A stretch of 64,000 nt of DNA from Eukaryota sp. TZLM1-RC (taxonomy: Eukaryota; Protista; Metamonada: BaSk clade). The notes beneath the pieces are model-generated. The model was not told the DNA's origin and did no database searches. It saw nothing but the letters and a program-made list of their open reading frames with translations. Of the stretch, positions 11,894-24,184 are shown one piece after another; the first letter of the stretch is position 1, and each line of letters begins with the position of its first letter. Location: contig JAUPSS010000001.1 of NCBI GenBank assembly GCA_040285825.1, forward strand, positions 3,658,001 to 3,722,000, read 5' to 3'. Both the position numbers and the translations under genes were made by a program.

Positions 11894-12493
11894 TTAAGTA
11901 CGAGACTCGAGCAGTTCTAAAACTCTACTCATGCTATCTTTGAGGTCACCAACATCTGATTTCAGCTCGGCAACGTCATGCTCAAGGCGGGAAATACGGT
12001 CAAGATCAGTAACAAAATTATCACTGAGTGGTGCAAGGAGCTCGTCCTGGGAATGTCCTTCTAGTAGCAGATAGAGAGAATATGCAAAACGTTCGTGGAA
12101 TTCTGTTTTATGACATATGCTCTTTGCCAAGTTTAAACATTCTTCATCGAAGTGCTCATTTTGCCTCAATGGTACCACCATGTGTGTATTTGGATTGAAA
12201 CTGGCCTCTACGGCACGTAGTCTATCAATGACAAGTCTTAGCTGTTCGTCAAGCACACAGATACCCTTCCGTATGAATAGTTGATGAAAATGAAGCAAGA
12301 ATGCAGTCCTAGCTTCGTTGTCAACATTGACAAATACATTGTCTTCGCAAAGTATCGTGAGGTTTTCAGGCACAAGAGCACGAACAAATGCAGGTATTTC
12401 TGCATTGGACTGAAGTCGTTTAAAATTCTGACATGGATCTACAGATGACAGTTCTTGGTTGACCTTGACGTATAGCTGAGAAGAAGGTGGCAT
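11894..12493 (-). CDS. Unknown protein X2 (199 aa) with C-terminal heptad coiled coil
   Basis: Open frame from ATG 12493 (MPPSSQLYVKV); near-identical to X3; ends LEHDVAE-LKSDVGD-LKDSMSR. Confidence 0.7.
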   Translation of the reverse strand: MPPSSQLYVKVNQELSSVDPCQNFKRLQSNAEIPAFVRALVPENLTILCEDNVFVNVDNEARTAFLLHFHQLFIRKGICVLDEQLRLVIDRLRAVEASFNPNTHMVVPLRQNEHFDEECLNLAKSICHKTEFHERFAYSLYLLLEGHSQDELLAPLSDNFVTDLDRISRLEHDVAELKSDVGDLKDSMSRVLELLESRT

Positions 12494-12552
12494 CAACTTA
12501 CCAGTGACAAACTCGTGGAAGGTAAAATCAGGATAATGCAGGTTTCTAGTGG

Positions 12553-15500
12553 ATTTTAGGTTTTCCAGGTATCACCCATCCTGGTGGGATCCATAAACAA
12601 AACAGCCTCTCTTCACTTTGTTGGAGTCCTTCAAACTATATAGCCTTTGCTTCTGGCACTCTTGTCAATGTTGCCACCTCAACCAAAATTATTGCTTCAA
12701 TCCCAGCATCTTCACTCGTTTCATCTATTATACTGTCCCCTACCACACCTGTTCACCATCCTACACATGATTCATCCACATTCCTTGCTTTCAGTACTAT
12801 TGACGGATTCATTACTCTGTGGGATTTTTGTACAAACTCGATTCTTGGACATATTACCTACTCTGATATCCTTTCTTTTGTCTCAATTACTAACCCTAAC
12901 CCTAACCCTAACTCACCTCCCTTATCTTCACTTCACTTCGTCTACGATATAGAATGATCTTCTCCATCTATTGCTTTCAGTTCTAGCTCCTTTCCTCAAC
13001 TTATTATACTTGATCTAACCCTTTCTCCCGTTTCCTTTACGCCTCTTCCCTCTTCAACTCCATCCCTCTTTTCCCACTTATTCATGCCAAAGCTTTTGTT
13101 TTCTTATCATTCTGATTCAATGACATTGGTACCCATCAAGGTAGGTGACAAGGAGGTAGTGGTTGGAGAGGGGATTACTGTGTCTTCTGCAGTAATGGCA
13201 GTTTGCCCGGTTAATTTGACGTTTACTGAGTTGCTAGTGGTGATGTCATCATCTGTTGACTTTGTTAAAATTTCAAACTTTTTCCAACCAGATCTTCCCC
13301 AATTTTCTCTATTAAAATCGTCTTGTAAATTCAATGGACCCCCACTGACTTCACTAGTGAAGGTACCCAGTGTTGGCTTTACCAATGATTTTATTTTTGG
13401 TTTAAATGGAGATAATTTGGTGGTTTATGAGTTTAAAAATAACGAATATCATTTAATTTATTCATTCGATCCCCTAAAAAATAAGAAAATAAAACATAAA
13501 AAAGCCAATTTAGGTGTTTCAAGTTTTGAAATCTTCCCATTTAACGAATTGGACCTCAATCGGTCGTCGGTCAATAATTCTAATCAATCTGTTTTGATTG
13601 CCATTCTCACTAGTGAAGGCCGATTAGCTCTTTATTGCTTGACTTTACAAGAAAAGTCGTGTAAAGTCTCAATCAGGTCAATAATCAGTCACGGTAGTTT
13701 CCCTTCTACTTGTATCTGCGTGGGAAATATTTGCAATAAGGATTTGGCTTTTGTTGGTGCTTTGGATGGAACCATTATTGGAAAGGATCTCAAAAATGGA
13801 AATGTTTTGTTTAAGATTCAGCCGTTTTCAATCCCTTGTCAAATTAGACAAATAGAATTCACCCCATATGGATTATTTTTTGCCCTTTGGAGATTAAACG
13901 AAAGAAAGAATGAATATGAAAATTATATTGGATTTATTTATTTTGATGATCATCTCAATTATGGATATACCCTTTTTAAATCAGAAACAATTAACTCAAA
14001 TTTAAGGAATTTTTCATTAGGTTTTAATGGTAGGTTATTACTCTTGACTTTCAAAGACTCTGACCCGGAGATTTTTGACCTGTTCAGAAGGTCAAATATA
14101 GATGATTTTGGTCTTTCCAATGACCAATTTGTGAAACCTACAATTGGAAATTCTTTAAAAAAATCAAAGTTTTTTTCTCCGTTCAAACTGGAAATCAATA
14201 CGTTGCCATCTCAAGTTGTTACCAGTGTTTTTGATAAGGAAAGGATCGTTTTGTCATTAATTGATGGTTCAATTTTTTTAATTAATGTTGAAATTGACAT
14301 GAATCTATTTGAATCGGAATTTAAACTTTCAAAACCAATCAGAATTTTGATCCAGTTGCCTGACATTTTGAGCGCCTTGTCGTTGAATTGGCCCGAACTA
14401 GTAGGTGGAGACGTCAATGGCAACTGTCACATCATCAATCTTGAATCCAAATCAATCACTCCAATTCCATCAAAAGGACAAAATCAATCAATCACAAAGT
14501 CAATCAGAGTCAAGCGTGGTCATGATGATTCTGATGAGTGCATTCTTGCAACTTTGGCTGATGGAACTGTTACCGTTATTACTGTCGATCAGATCAAAAA
14601 GAAATCAATCAACGATAATCACAATCAATCAAATGATGTTATGGTCAACGACATTCTTCCTGCTACTATTGCCAAGGTTCCAAGGGCGGCTGATGTTAGA
14701 ATTTTTAATAATTCAGCTGTACTGCTAGCAGTGGATTCTTCCATCAGAGTAGTACCTTATTCCCTGAAAGCTGTTCATCCCAGGCCCATTAATAAAGGTC
14801 AAAATTGCCACGTCATTGGTTTGACTTTTTCAGAAAAACTTTTGTTGAGAATGACTCTAACTTTGCTACTTTGTGTAAATAATGATATTGAATCAAATGT
14901 TCAAACTGAAATTTTGGATGATGTGGTTGTTGATCTCTTTTCACCAAATTTTCAAGTTGTCAGAGCAAAAAGAATTACATTTGAAGGAATTTCTTTCACA
15001 ATACCCTCAACTCTATCACAACAAAATTCCGAGGTCAAGGCTTTTCTTTTGGTCAGTGTGATTCTTGGTGACTTTTGGTCAGCATTTTTTGCGTATTACG
15101 CAATGTGTTGCCTCAACGGTATGGAAATGCCCACTGCTTTCAATAACTCCTTTGTTAACCCTCCACACGTCATCAGTCGTCATGTACAATCAATCAATTA
15201 TTTTTCAAGTTTGATTGATCAGCTATCGGAAGCTGCTCAAAACGAATCTGCTTTTCAATCAATTATTCTATCTGATTTTGATACTGCCATTGAATTTACA
15301 AAATCTCAAACTTCTTTTGCACAGGTTTCGTTTGGTTTTGCAGCCATTCTTGGTAGTAAAATGGAGATTCAATCAGAGAGTAACCCATTAATTACTGATT
15401 TTTTGGCGAATTTAGCCAAATCAAAAGATGTTTTACTGTCGGTTGCTTCTTTATGTGCAATTAAGGAAATTGAACGAGCATTTTCTTTGTTGGTAGAGCA

Positions 15501-15894
15501 TGAAATGTATGATTTAGCTCTAATTTTGGCTCACAAACATTCAGATTCGTGTCCTGGTCTCTTCTCGAAAATTTGGCCACGTCTTACTTCATTTTGGACA
15601 AACAAATTCCCTCTATTATCATCATCATATCTCTTTTTCTCGAAAAATTGGCATGAAATTGCAAAAGAACTGAACTCAGCTGGACATTTTCATTTGAGTT
15701 CGTGCATATTGAATTCCTTCAATCAATCAAATCAATCAAATGATTCTGAATCAAATTTACTTGATATTGTGCAAGAAACTAATCTTTTCACGGGTTCGAT
15801 TGCACATCAATCTTGTAATTTTAAACCCCTTTCCAAGTACTTTTGGCAACTTGCCGGTTCTGAAGGTCTCGATTTACTCGATAAAATAGAGTAG
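12553..15894 (+). pseudogene. WDR11-like copy 2, 5'-inactivated
   Basis: ATG->ATT at 12553 and in-frame CGA->TGA at 12955; the remainder (ORF 13084-15894) is almost identical to copy 1. Confidence 0.8.
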
Positions 15895-16284
15895 TTTGGA
15901 TAAGATTAGTGTCTGTTGAAAATTTTCATTGTTTGATTTTCATTTTTGTTGTGTAAATAGTTTTTTTTCTGATAAATAGACTTTACTTCATATTATTTCC
16001 ACTTGACTCAATCAACAGGACACTTTTTTAGGTGCAGTGAGAGAAATGAGTGATGTAACTTATTCTTTTCACATAGCAGCAAAAGAACGCATTTTTTGAG
16101 TGACGAAACTTGTTTAGCTCCATTCTAATGAAACCTCTTTGTCAATTAAGCTATGTTGACAGATTATTCAGTCATATTCATCAGCAAAACAAAAGTGACA
16201 TTATCGAAAGAATTATGTGCTTTAAAGGAGGCACGGGATAAAATTATTAATATTTAAACTCTCTACACTTCACATAATGTACTC

Positions 16285-16397
16285 ATTACCAAAAATTCCT
16301 CTACAAAATCTTGAATCTGTATGCTGTTTAGCTAATGCTTCTCTAATTAGATTGAAAAACCGAGGCAGTCTATTAGAAATGGCATTTTGAATTCATG
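16285..16397 (-). mobile_element. Short degenerate 3' fragment of CRE-like family A
   Basis: Matches 3165-3275 and 42878-42990. Confidence 0.7.
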
Positions 16398-16760
16398 TTC
16401 AATTTGTGATTTCAGCATATTTGATGTCTCAAATACCACATCTAATCCTTGCAAGTTTAGATACAATCATGAGTGCTGCATTTGTTCTTCCCTTTGATTC
16501 CACTGTTTGACTCCAAATTGTGCTGTAAAGCAGGCCCATAGCTAACAACAAATGAAGTTGTGGTCCGCATTGTTAATGATTACATACAATACATTCCTGT
16601 AGCATTGTATATCTCAACTCCGTCATCAATGGTGTTCGGATGTCATGTATGTATGTGTTACAATTGCCTTAAATGATTCAGTGGTGTAGATCTATGTGTT
16701 TATTTGTAGTTGTTCAATGGATGAATTGCACTATAAAAAACATCATTAAAGTGAGAGAAA

Positions 16761-17381
16761 TTAAGTACGAGACTCGAGCAGTTCTAAAACTCTACTCATG
16801 CTAACTTTGAGGTCACCAACATCTGATTTCAGCTGGCCAACATCTGATTTCAGCTCAATAACGTCATGCTCAAGGCGGGAAATACGGTCAAGATCAGTAA
16901 CAAAATTATCACTGAGTGGTGCAAGGAGCTCGTCCTGGGAATGTCCTTCTAGTAGCAGATAGAGAGAATATGCAAAACGTTCGTGGAATTCTGTTTTATG
17001 ACATATGCTCTTTGCCAAGTTTAAACATTCTTCATCGAAGTGCTCATTTTGCCTCAATGGAACCACCATGTGTGTATTTGGATTGAAACTGGCCTCTACG
17101 GCACGTAGTCTATCAATGACAAGTCTTAGCTGTTCGTCAAGCACACAAATACCCTTCTGGATGAATAGTTGATGAAAATGAAGCAAGAATGCAGTCCTAG
17201 CTTCGTTGTCAACATTGACAAATACATTGTCTTCGCAAAGTATCGTGAGGTTTTCAGGCACAAGAGCACGAACAAATGCAGGTATTTCTGTATTGGACTG
17301 AAGTCGTTTAAAATTCTGACATGGATCTACAATTGACAGTTCTTGGTTGACCTTGACGTATAGCTGAGAAGAAGGTGGCAT
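16761..17381 (-). CDS. Unknown protein X3 (206 aa) with one extra heptad
   Basis: ATG 17381; paralog of X2 with a 21-bp in-frame extra heptad (LKSDVGQ). Confidence 0.7.
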   Translation of the reverse strand: MPPSSQLYVKVNQELSIVDPCQNFKRLQSNTEIPAFVRALVPENLTILCEDNVFVNVDNEARTAFLLHFHQLFIQKGICVLDEQLRLVIDRLRAVEASFNPNTHMVVPLRQNEHFDEECLNLAKSICHKTEFHERFAYSLYLLLEGHSQDELLAPLSDNFVTDLDRISRLEHDVIELKSDVGQLKSDVGDLKVSMSRVLELLESRT

Positions 17382-17440
17382 CAACTTACCAGTGACAAAC
17401 TCGTGGAAGGTAAAATCAGGATAATACAGGTTTCTAGTGG

Positions 17441-18705
17441 ATTTTAGGTTTTCAGGTATCACCCATCCTGGTAGGATCCATAAACAAAACAGCCTCTCTT
17501 CACTTTGTTGGAGTCCTTCAAACTATATAGCCTTTGCTTCTGGCACTCTTGTCAATGTTGCCACCTCAACCAAAGTTATTGCTTCAATCCCAGCATCTTC
17601 ACTCGTTTCATCTGTTATACTGTCCCCTACCACACCTGTTCACCATCCTACACATGATTCATCCACATTCCTTGCTTTCAGTACTATTGATGGATCCATT
17701 ACTCTGTGGGATTTATGTACAAAGTCGATTCTGGGACATATTACCTACTCTGATATCCTTTCTTTTATCTCAATCACTAACCCTAACCCTAACCCTAACT
17801 CACCTCCCTTATCTTCTCTCCACTTCATATACGATTCAGAACGATCTCCTTCATTTATTGCTTTCAGTCTAAGCTCCTTTCCTCAACTGATTATACTTGA
17901 TCTAACCCTTTCTCCCGTTTCCTTTACGCCTCTTCCCTCTTCAACTCCATCCCTCTTTTCCCACTTATTCATGCCAAAGCTTTTGTTTTCTTATCATTCT
18001 GATTCAATGACATTGGTGCCCATCAAGGTAGGTGACAAGGAGGTAGTGGTTGGAGAGGGGATTACTGTGTCTTCTGCAGTAATGGCAGTTTGTCCAGTTA
18101 ATTTGACGTTTACTGAGTTGCTAGTGGTGATGTCATCATCTGTTGACTTTGTCAAAATTTCAAACTTTTTCCAACCAGATCTTCCAAAATTTTCTCTATT
18201 AAAATCGTCTTGTAAATTCAATGGACCCCCACTGACTTCACTAGTGAAGGTACCCAGTGTTGGCTTTACCAATGATTTTATTTTTGGTTTAAATGGGGAT
18301 AATTTGGTGGTTTATGAGTTTAAAAATAACAAATATTATTTAATTTATTCATTCGATCCCCTAAAAAATAAGAAAATAAAACATAAAAAGCCAATTTAGG
18401 TGTTTCAAGTTTTGAAATCTTCCCATTTAACGAATGGGACCTCAATCGGTCGTCGGTCAATAATTCTAATCAATCTGTTTTGATTGCCATTCTCACTAGT
18501 GAAGGCCGATTAGCTCTTTATTGCTTGACTTTACAAGAAAAGTCGTGTAAAGTCTCAATCAGGTCAATAATCAGTCACGGTAGTTTCCCTTCTACTTGTA
18601 TCTGCGTGGGAAATATTTGCAATAAGGATTTGGCTTTTGTTGGTGCTTTGGATGGAGCCATTATTGGAAAGGATCTCAAAAATGGAAATGTTTTGTTTAA
18701 GATTC
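17441..18705 (+). pseudogene. WDR11-like copy 3, truncated
   Basis: ATG->ATT at 17441, 1-nt deletion near 17453, frameshift in the A-run near 18388; homology to copy 1 stops at 18705. Confidence 0.85.
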
Positions 18706-20132
18706 GGAAGAGTTTTTAGAAAAACAATTTTTCAATTAATTTTCTATTTCCCTATCAATCCGCATAAATCACAATATACACCAAATTATTAACGCAAAGA
18801 CAAATCTAGTGTTATAAGCAGAATTGATAATTCTATACTTTTTTTCATGTCTACTGGTTTCATAGGGAATATTGCTACAGAAGTTCAAGACCAACATGTT
18901 ACACTTTCATTCACATGCTAAAACTATAATAACTATTGTTTTTGAGCTACTTTGGTTTTCCATGTTGAATAACACAAAGATTCGAACGCTTTTATTGTTT
19001 AAAAAAAATTTTCAACACAAAGTTGAAAGAAATAAGTAAATGTAGAATGCTTCTATTTCAAGATGGGAGATGTTGACAAATATAAACGGTGTAAGAATCA
19101 TGTAAAACCTAAGAAGGAGCTGGTGGAGTCTTAGAAAAAAAAGCTATTATAATTTATTGAACATCACAAATTCAAAGTCTTTCTTCTTTTTATTGGTTAA
19201 TTTGATTTAGGAGGAGGCCGGGAAGAAACCGTTTCTCCTTTTACTTGTATTGTCTTTGTTCTCTCTATTATTTGGGTGTTCGAACATAATTGTCCAACAA
19301 GACGGAAGAAATAGAATTGGTGTTATGGGAATCAAACAACACCTTGCAATAAATTTTGAAATTTATTCTTCTTTTTCATAGTTTCAAAATTGATTTTCGC
19401 ATAGTCTTGGTCCTGGAGATTGAATGCAAAGGAAGGAGGAGGTAATCCTCATCCTTGAATGTAACCTGTAATTTTGGATCACAGTCAAGGAGGGGCAAGG
19501 TGAAGAAGATTTGTTGTCATTGGAAGGCTCATCTTGTTGAGACAATGGTACTATATCATTTGGGAAAAAAGGTTTGTGATGGAGTTCAAAAAATCTTTTA
19601 AATCTGGTAATTGCATCAAGAAATTGCTCCTTATTCTCAGTAAGTTCAGGAGTTATGGTTATTTGCTTAAAATTAACACAAAGCTCTTTGTTGAGGAAAG
19701 AATTGGCATTTAATGGAAAAGTAGAAACAACAACAAATATTTTGTAATTCAACGGAAGTTATATAGTTTTGATGCACATTTCTTTAACATAAAAGCTTAA
19801 TATGTTATCAATATGAGTTGAATTTTTGTATTATAGTTTAATGAATAAAAGAAGTGTTTAAAACAAATGCATTTCTCGAAATTAAATTATTGCTCATTCA
19901 AAATGTATGTGTTGCTCGAACACCAAAAATTAATATTAAACACTTACTGTTAGATAAACACTAATAAAAGCTGCCATATAGCACTGCTTTTGTCTCCGGT
20001 ATGTGAAAAATTAACATAGTGATAGATATTCAGTTGATATTCGACATAGAAAACATTATTTCTGACTTACAATTTAAATAATGTTTCTCTTTTTTTTTAA
20101 TTTTCTTATTATTATTATTATTATTATTCTTT

Positions 20133-20340
20133 TTAAATTATTTTTCTCTGCATTAAAAAAGGTATCAGAGGCAATAGCAGCAACAGAAGCACCATCAATT
20201 GTTTTGATTCCAAATTGATGAGGATCCAAAAATGTAGAAGCTTTGTCTTTGACACGATCGAAGACAATTGATGCCAGCAAACGAGAAAAAGATTCACCAA
20301 CAGCAATTGGGCGTATTCCATCGGGTTTAATTCCGTTTCC
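20133..20340 (-). mobile_element. Internal RT fragment of CRE-like family C
   Basis: Near-identical to 40070-40275 (GIRPIAVGES...QFGIKTIDGAS). Confidence 0.85.
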
Positions 20341-20659
20341 AATATAATGTTTCTTGCTTAAATTTATCGAAACCTCCTAATCTCATACTCCAGCCATTTC
20401 ACTGTCATCGTTCATAACAATTTCATCATCATTAAATCCGTCAGCCTCAGCTATGTCCAACTGGGAAGAGATGCACAGAGATAGAAAATACATGATTTCA
20501 ATCAGAATGCTTTTCTTATTGAGACCAATATTGTTATAAAATCGAAAAATTTGTTCCGACTACTGAATATGAAATCATAAATGTCTAGTCATAAACTTAT
20601 AAAATAAAATTATTATCCATTTAAAAATCTGTTTTATTGTAAATCAACAGACATACCTT

Positions 20660-22212
20660 TATTTTATTCGACAACAAATACGAAAACATTAAATACACAA
20701 CTAAACCTCCACATCCTCAAAACCTGCCCCCCCCCCTAGATCAAAACAATTAATTGCTAAAAATTCAGAAAATTTCCGAAAAGAAGAGAGTGAATCAGAA
20801 ATTAGTTTTACCATTCCCTTAAAAATAGAAAATACAATTCTGTTTTGCCAGTAAACACGATTGAAAATTCTTCCAGCTCTTTCCTTTACAACAACAACAA
20901 AATCTTCAAGGAAAGCCATAGCAGCCTTGCCCAAAGATCCAAGCAAAGAAAATACAAATGGACATAAATTATATTGGGCATGAGAATTTTCATTAATCGA
21001 GGAAATGAATTTCGCATATTTAGCAATTTTATATTTTTCGCCTGCAAGAAGAGGATTATTTACATCCGAGTTAATGAGATGTTCGTTAGAGGAATTACAA
21101 GAGTCAATAGACATGGGGTCTGAAATAGTAAAACTACCATTTAAACCGGGAACAACTAGATCACCTCTTGTCAGACCCATAGAAGCTCTGTTGTAGCGCG
21201 TACTATCAATATTTGGGTCATCAAGAATTAATTTTGACAACAGCGGTTCTAAAAAGGAATCTACTGGATATGATTTGCATATTACATAAATTTGGTCCCT
21301 GACATTATTATGCACTTTGCTTCTAAATGTAATGAAATGTTTATTGTTCAAAAGATGAGTAAACAAAAGAGGTTTACCACATTTACAAATTGTTTGGCCA
21401 CAGAAAACAACGAAAACGCATGTTTAGAAGCCATTCATTGTTTTTTAACAAAAGTCCATAAACAGAGGGAACTTGAGTTACTAAAGCAGCAGCAGAATTA
21501 TCACGAATATCCTTTAAGAAATAACCGAAAGCAGGATTTTCAGTTTTGGCCAAGCAAAGTCTTACTTCATAATCCAAGCCTTGTTATAATTTAACCAGAT
21601 GGTGCTGAAACTTTTCAATTCAATTTGAAGTTGATTCAAATAAAAATTTGATTTACCATGGATCAGATGAACAGCATAAGGAAACCTTTGAAAAAATTCA
21701 AAAATAAAATTTTTTCCACCTCCAAAAACAGCTACTTTACATAAAATCGAAGATTTCGTGAAACCAAATCCACCTAATTCAGCAGAACAAAAGACAAGAC
21801 TTCGAATTAAAGATTCATTTACCTCCAATAATGAAGCAAAAAATTTGACCCGAAGTTTGTTGAAAGCTCTACAAACATCAAGAGATACTGAAAGCGGACT
21901 TGTCCTTAAAATATGAGTTAATTTACCAGAATAACAAATTTTTAAAATAAAAATTTGATGTGTGTTTCAATATCAAATTCAGCAATAAAACTATGATCCT
22001 TGTTCAAATTTTTCCAATAAATTGTTCAACTGGGAATGAATTTCATCCAAATTGCCTGATCAACATTCAAGAAACTTGAACGCTTGTTGTTCATAATTAA
22101 TGAAAGGAAATTGAACATCATCAATCAATAGAGATTGTTTTGTTCTTCCAATCAAGAGACATTTTACGGGATTCGAGGCTAATCCAATGTCTTTGTATTT
22201 GGCAGCAATGCC
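20660..22212 (-). mobile_element. 5'-truncated CRE-like retrotransposon, family B
   Basis: RT thumb (GGFG) and RLE motifs (HNNVRD, RGD, KYKIAKY); frameshifts and internal deletions. Confidence 0.9.
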
Positions 22213-22769
22213 AATGTATCACCAGACATTGATACAACTTGTGTTTTTTAATCGAAAATACAGTTACGTGATTTTAGTCTGAATTTGCTGTATTGACACC
22301 AGTTGAAGATAATTGGTCTGCAATATTATGGTACTTGGGGTAATTGGTGAATGAGAAAAATACTGAATAACCTATTACGTTGAGATAGAAATTATCTGTT
22401 ACATGACCTGAATTGATTTCAAGCCAAAAATACTTCATAACGACTTGCTATTTTGTAGGAGTATAATGGAGGAGCAATTTGACGTATCTTATATATTCCA
22501 CGTTTTTGATATAAATACAAGGGAAACGAAGATTAAGTGACAGAGCTATAATGATTGCGACCTATGATATACCAATTCCATACTGAAAGAACTATGAGAG
22601 TATTTGAGGTCATATGGTATTTGGAAATGATCAATGATTCACTGAAATATTGCGATTGAGGGTATGAACCACATTCTGCCACATGACTTTATTGAATCGT
22701 GTGACTTGTATGAAAGCACCGCAGAAATAAAACATAGCAAAACAATGGAACACATAACTAAAGGGTGAT

Positions 22770-23047
22770 TTAGGCCTTCATGGCGGCCTTCTGTTCTTGA
22801 AGAGCACGGAAGTTACCTTGACGAACAAACTTCATGTTCCTTCTGAATTTGGGATCTGAGATGAGGTAAAGTGAGCATAACATACCCATTCCCTTGGTGG
22901 AACCTCTGTTGGAACGACAGAGCTTCTTTGGCTTCTTGATGCCGTTTCTGTGATCTTTGTGGTTTTGATTATGCTACTGTCAGAAAATAGAAAAGACATA
23001 GTGACAGGCACTACACATACAGCGGTATGATTCTTAGACTTGGCCAT
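22770..23047 (-). CDS. RPL29: 60S ribosomal protein eL29, 3 exons (23047-23021, 22973-22886, 22855-22770)
   Basis: Splicing 47-nt and 30-nt GT-AG introns gives [66 protein letters not shown]. Confidence 0.95.
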
Positions 23048-23363
23048 GGGATCCGGAAGAAAAAGAATTCTCAATGGTATTCTCATACTTTTGCTTTCCC
23101 ATCTTGATGAATTTGGATAGTTATCTTCTTCAACTGATCCAATAGTCTTCTATTGTTAGTGATATTTTGCATTTTCGGGTTCTTCATTGTTCATAATATT
23201 ATTTGTATGGTTGGAACGTTTTATGTTGTATTACTTGAATAATCCACAGCTTACGAAGACTTCATTTCAAAGGGAAAAATCTTTTCTGTCTTTTGGTTAT
23301 CTCATGTCTCGTTGACATTGATTGCAACTATAATGTTAGTAATAACTGCTTGTTTCAAAAGAT

Positions 23364-24140
23364 TTAGTTTCGAATTTTTATTGAAGATCCCTCTGAGACT
23401 TTGATTTTGCCTCCAAACAATGATTCTAAGTTCTGAGTGGAGCAGCGAATTTTGGCAAAAGGTTTCTCTCTAAAGAAATCCTTATGCTTACACAATAATG
23501 GGGTGCGAACTGTAAGGATGTAATGGCATGTAGAATCTTCGGTGACATTTTCAAGTAAAGCAAGGGCATCTTGATTATTGTAACCGCATTTATAACGCAC
23601 CTCAGATGACCTTATCATATTACGACAGGGTGTACCCTCAGAAAAATATTCAACATAATAGGGTTCATCCTCATCATTAACAAACTGACCAGAAATTGGT
23701 CCAGTAGGTTGTATATCACTGGCCAATATGACCGCAGGTTCAGCAGAATCTAGTTCACCACGCACTGTGGAAGAAGCTCCAAGGAGATAAGCATCCACAT
23801 TTTTTATTGGAACAGGTTTATCAACTTCGGCATGAAATTGTAAAGCAACTCTCGCTGGCCTTAACTGATAACTATAGTAGCCACCAGTGATGAGATTTAA
23901 AGTCAAATTATGTAGGGGGTACAGTAGTTCTGGTATATCGGTAACTATAAGTTCCTGCTCATTGATTTCGGGAGTGTCAGGTAGTATGCAATGAAATGTG
24001 TTGTTTTTCCCATCGATGAAGGTGGATGTAGCTTCCTCTGATACCTTTCCAAAGGAAAACTCAATGGAATAATCAACATCATCCTTAACCCAACATGATA
24101 CCAGAGCCAAAAACAGGAGTGTTAGATAAGGTTTATGCAT
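23364..24140 (-). CDS. OS-9/Yos9-like ER lectin (MRH/PRKCSH domain)
   Basis: Signal peptide; 'QFH', 'YFSEGTPC...RSSEVRYKC', 'VTEDSTCHYILTVRTPLLC' MRH motifs. Confidence 0.85.
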   Translation of the reverse strand: MHKPYLTLLFLALVSCWVKDDVDYSIEFSFGKVSEEATSTFIDGKNNTFHCILPDTPEINEQELIVTDIPELLYPLHNLTLNLITGGYYSYQLRPARVALQFHAEVDKPVPIKNVDAYLLGASSTVRGELDSAEPAVILASDIQPTGPISGQFVNDEDEPYYVEYFSEGTPCRNMIRSSEVRYKCGYNNQDALALLENVTEDSTCHYILTVRTPLLCKHKDFFREKPFAKIRCSTQNLESLFGGKIKVSEGSSIKIRN

Positions 24141-24184
24141 TGAGTTTTATGCAAATGGAGATTTTGAAATATTTTGTTTCATTA

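Noticed and set aside
17363-17481. Two-intron model for gene X (GTGATA...CTAG and GTAAGT...CTCAG) giving an upstream ATG overlapping WDR11
   Set aside because: It is in frame, but neither intron has the YTNA branch at -7/-8 seen in all eight supported introns; the ATG at MPPSS is simpler.
19268-19930. Imperfect inverted repeat (GGTGTTCGA) around ORF 19384-19752, possible DNA transposon
   Set aside because: Short and mismatched, no TSD, no transposase motif.
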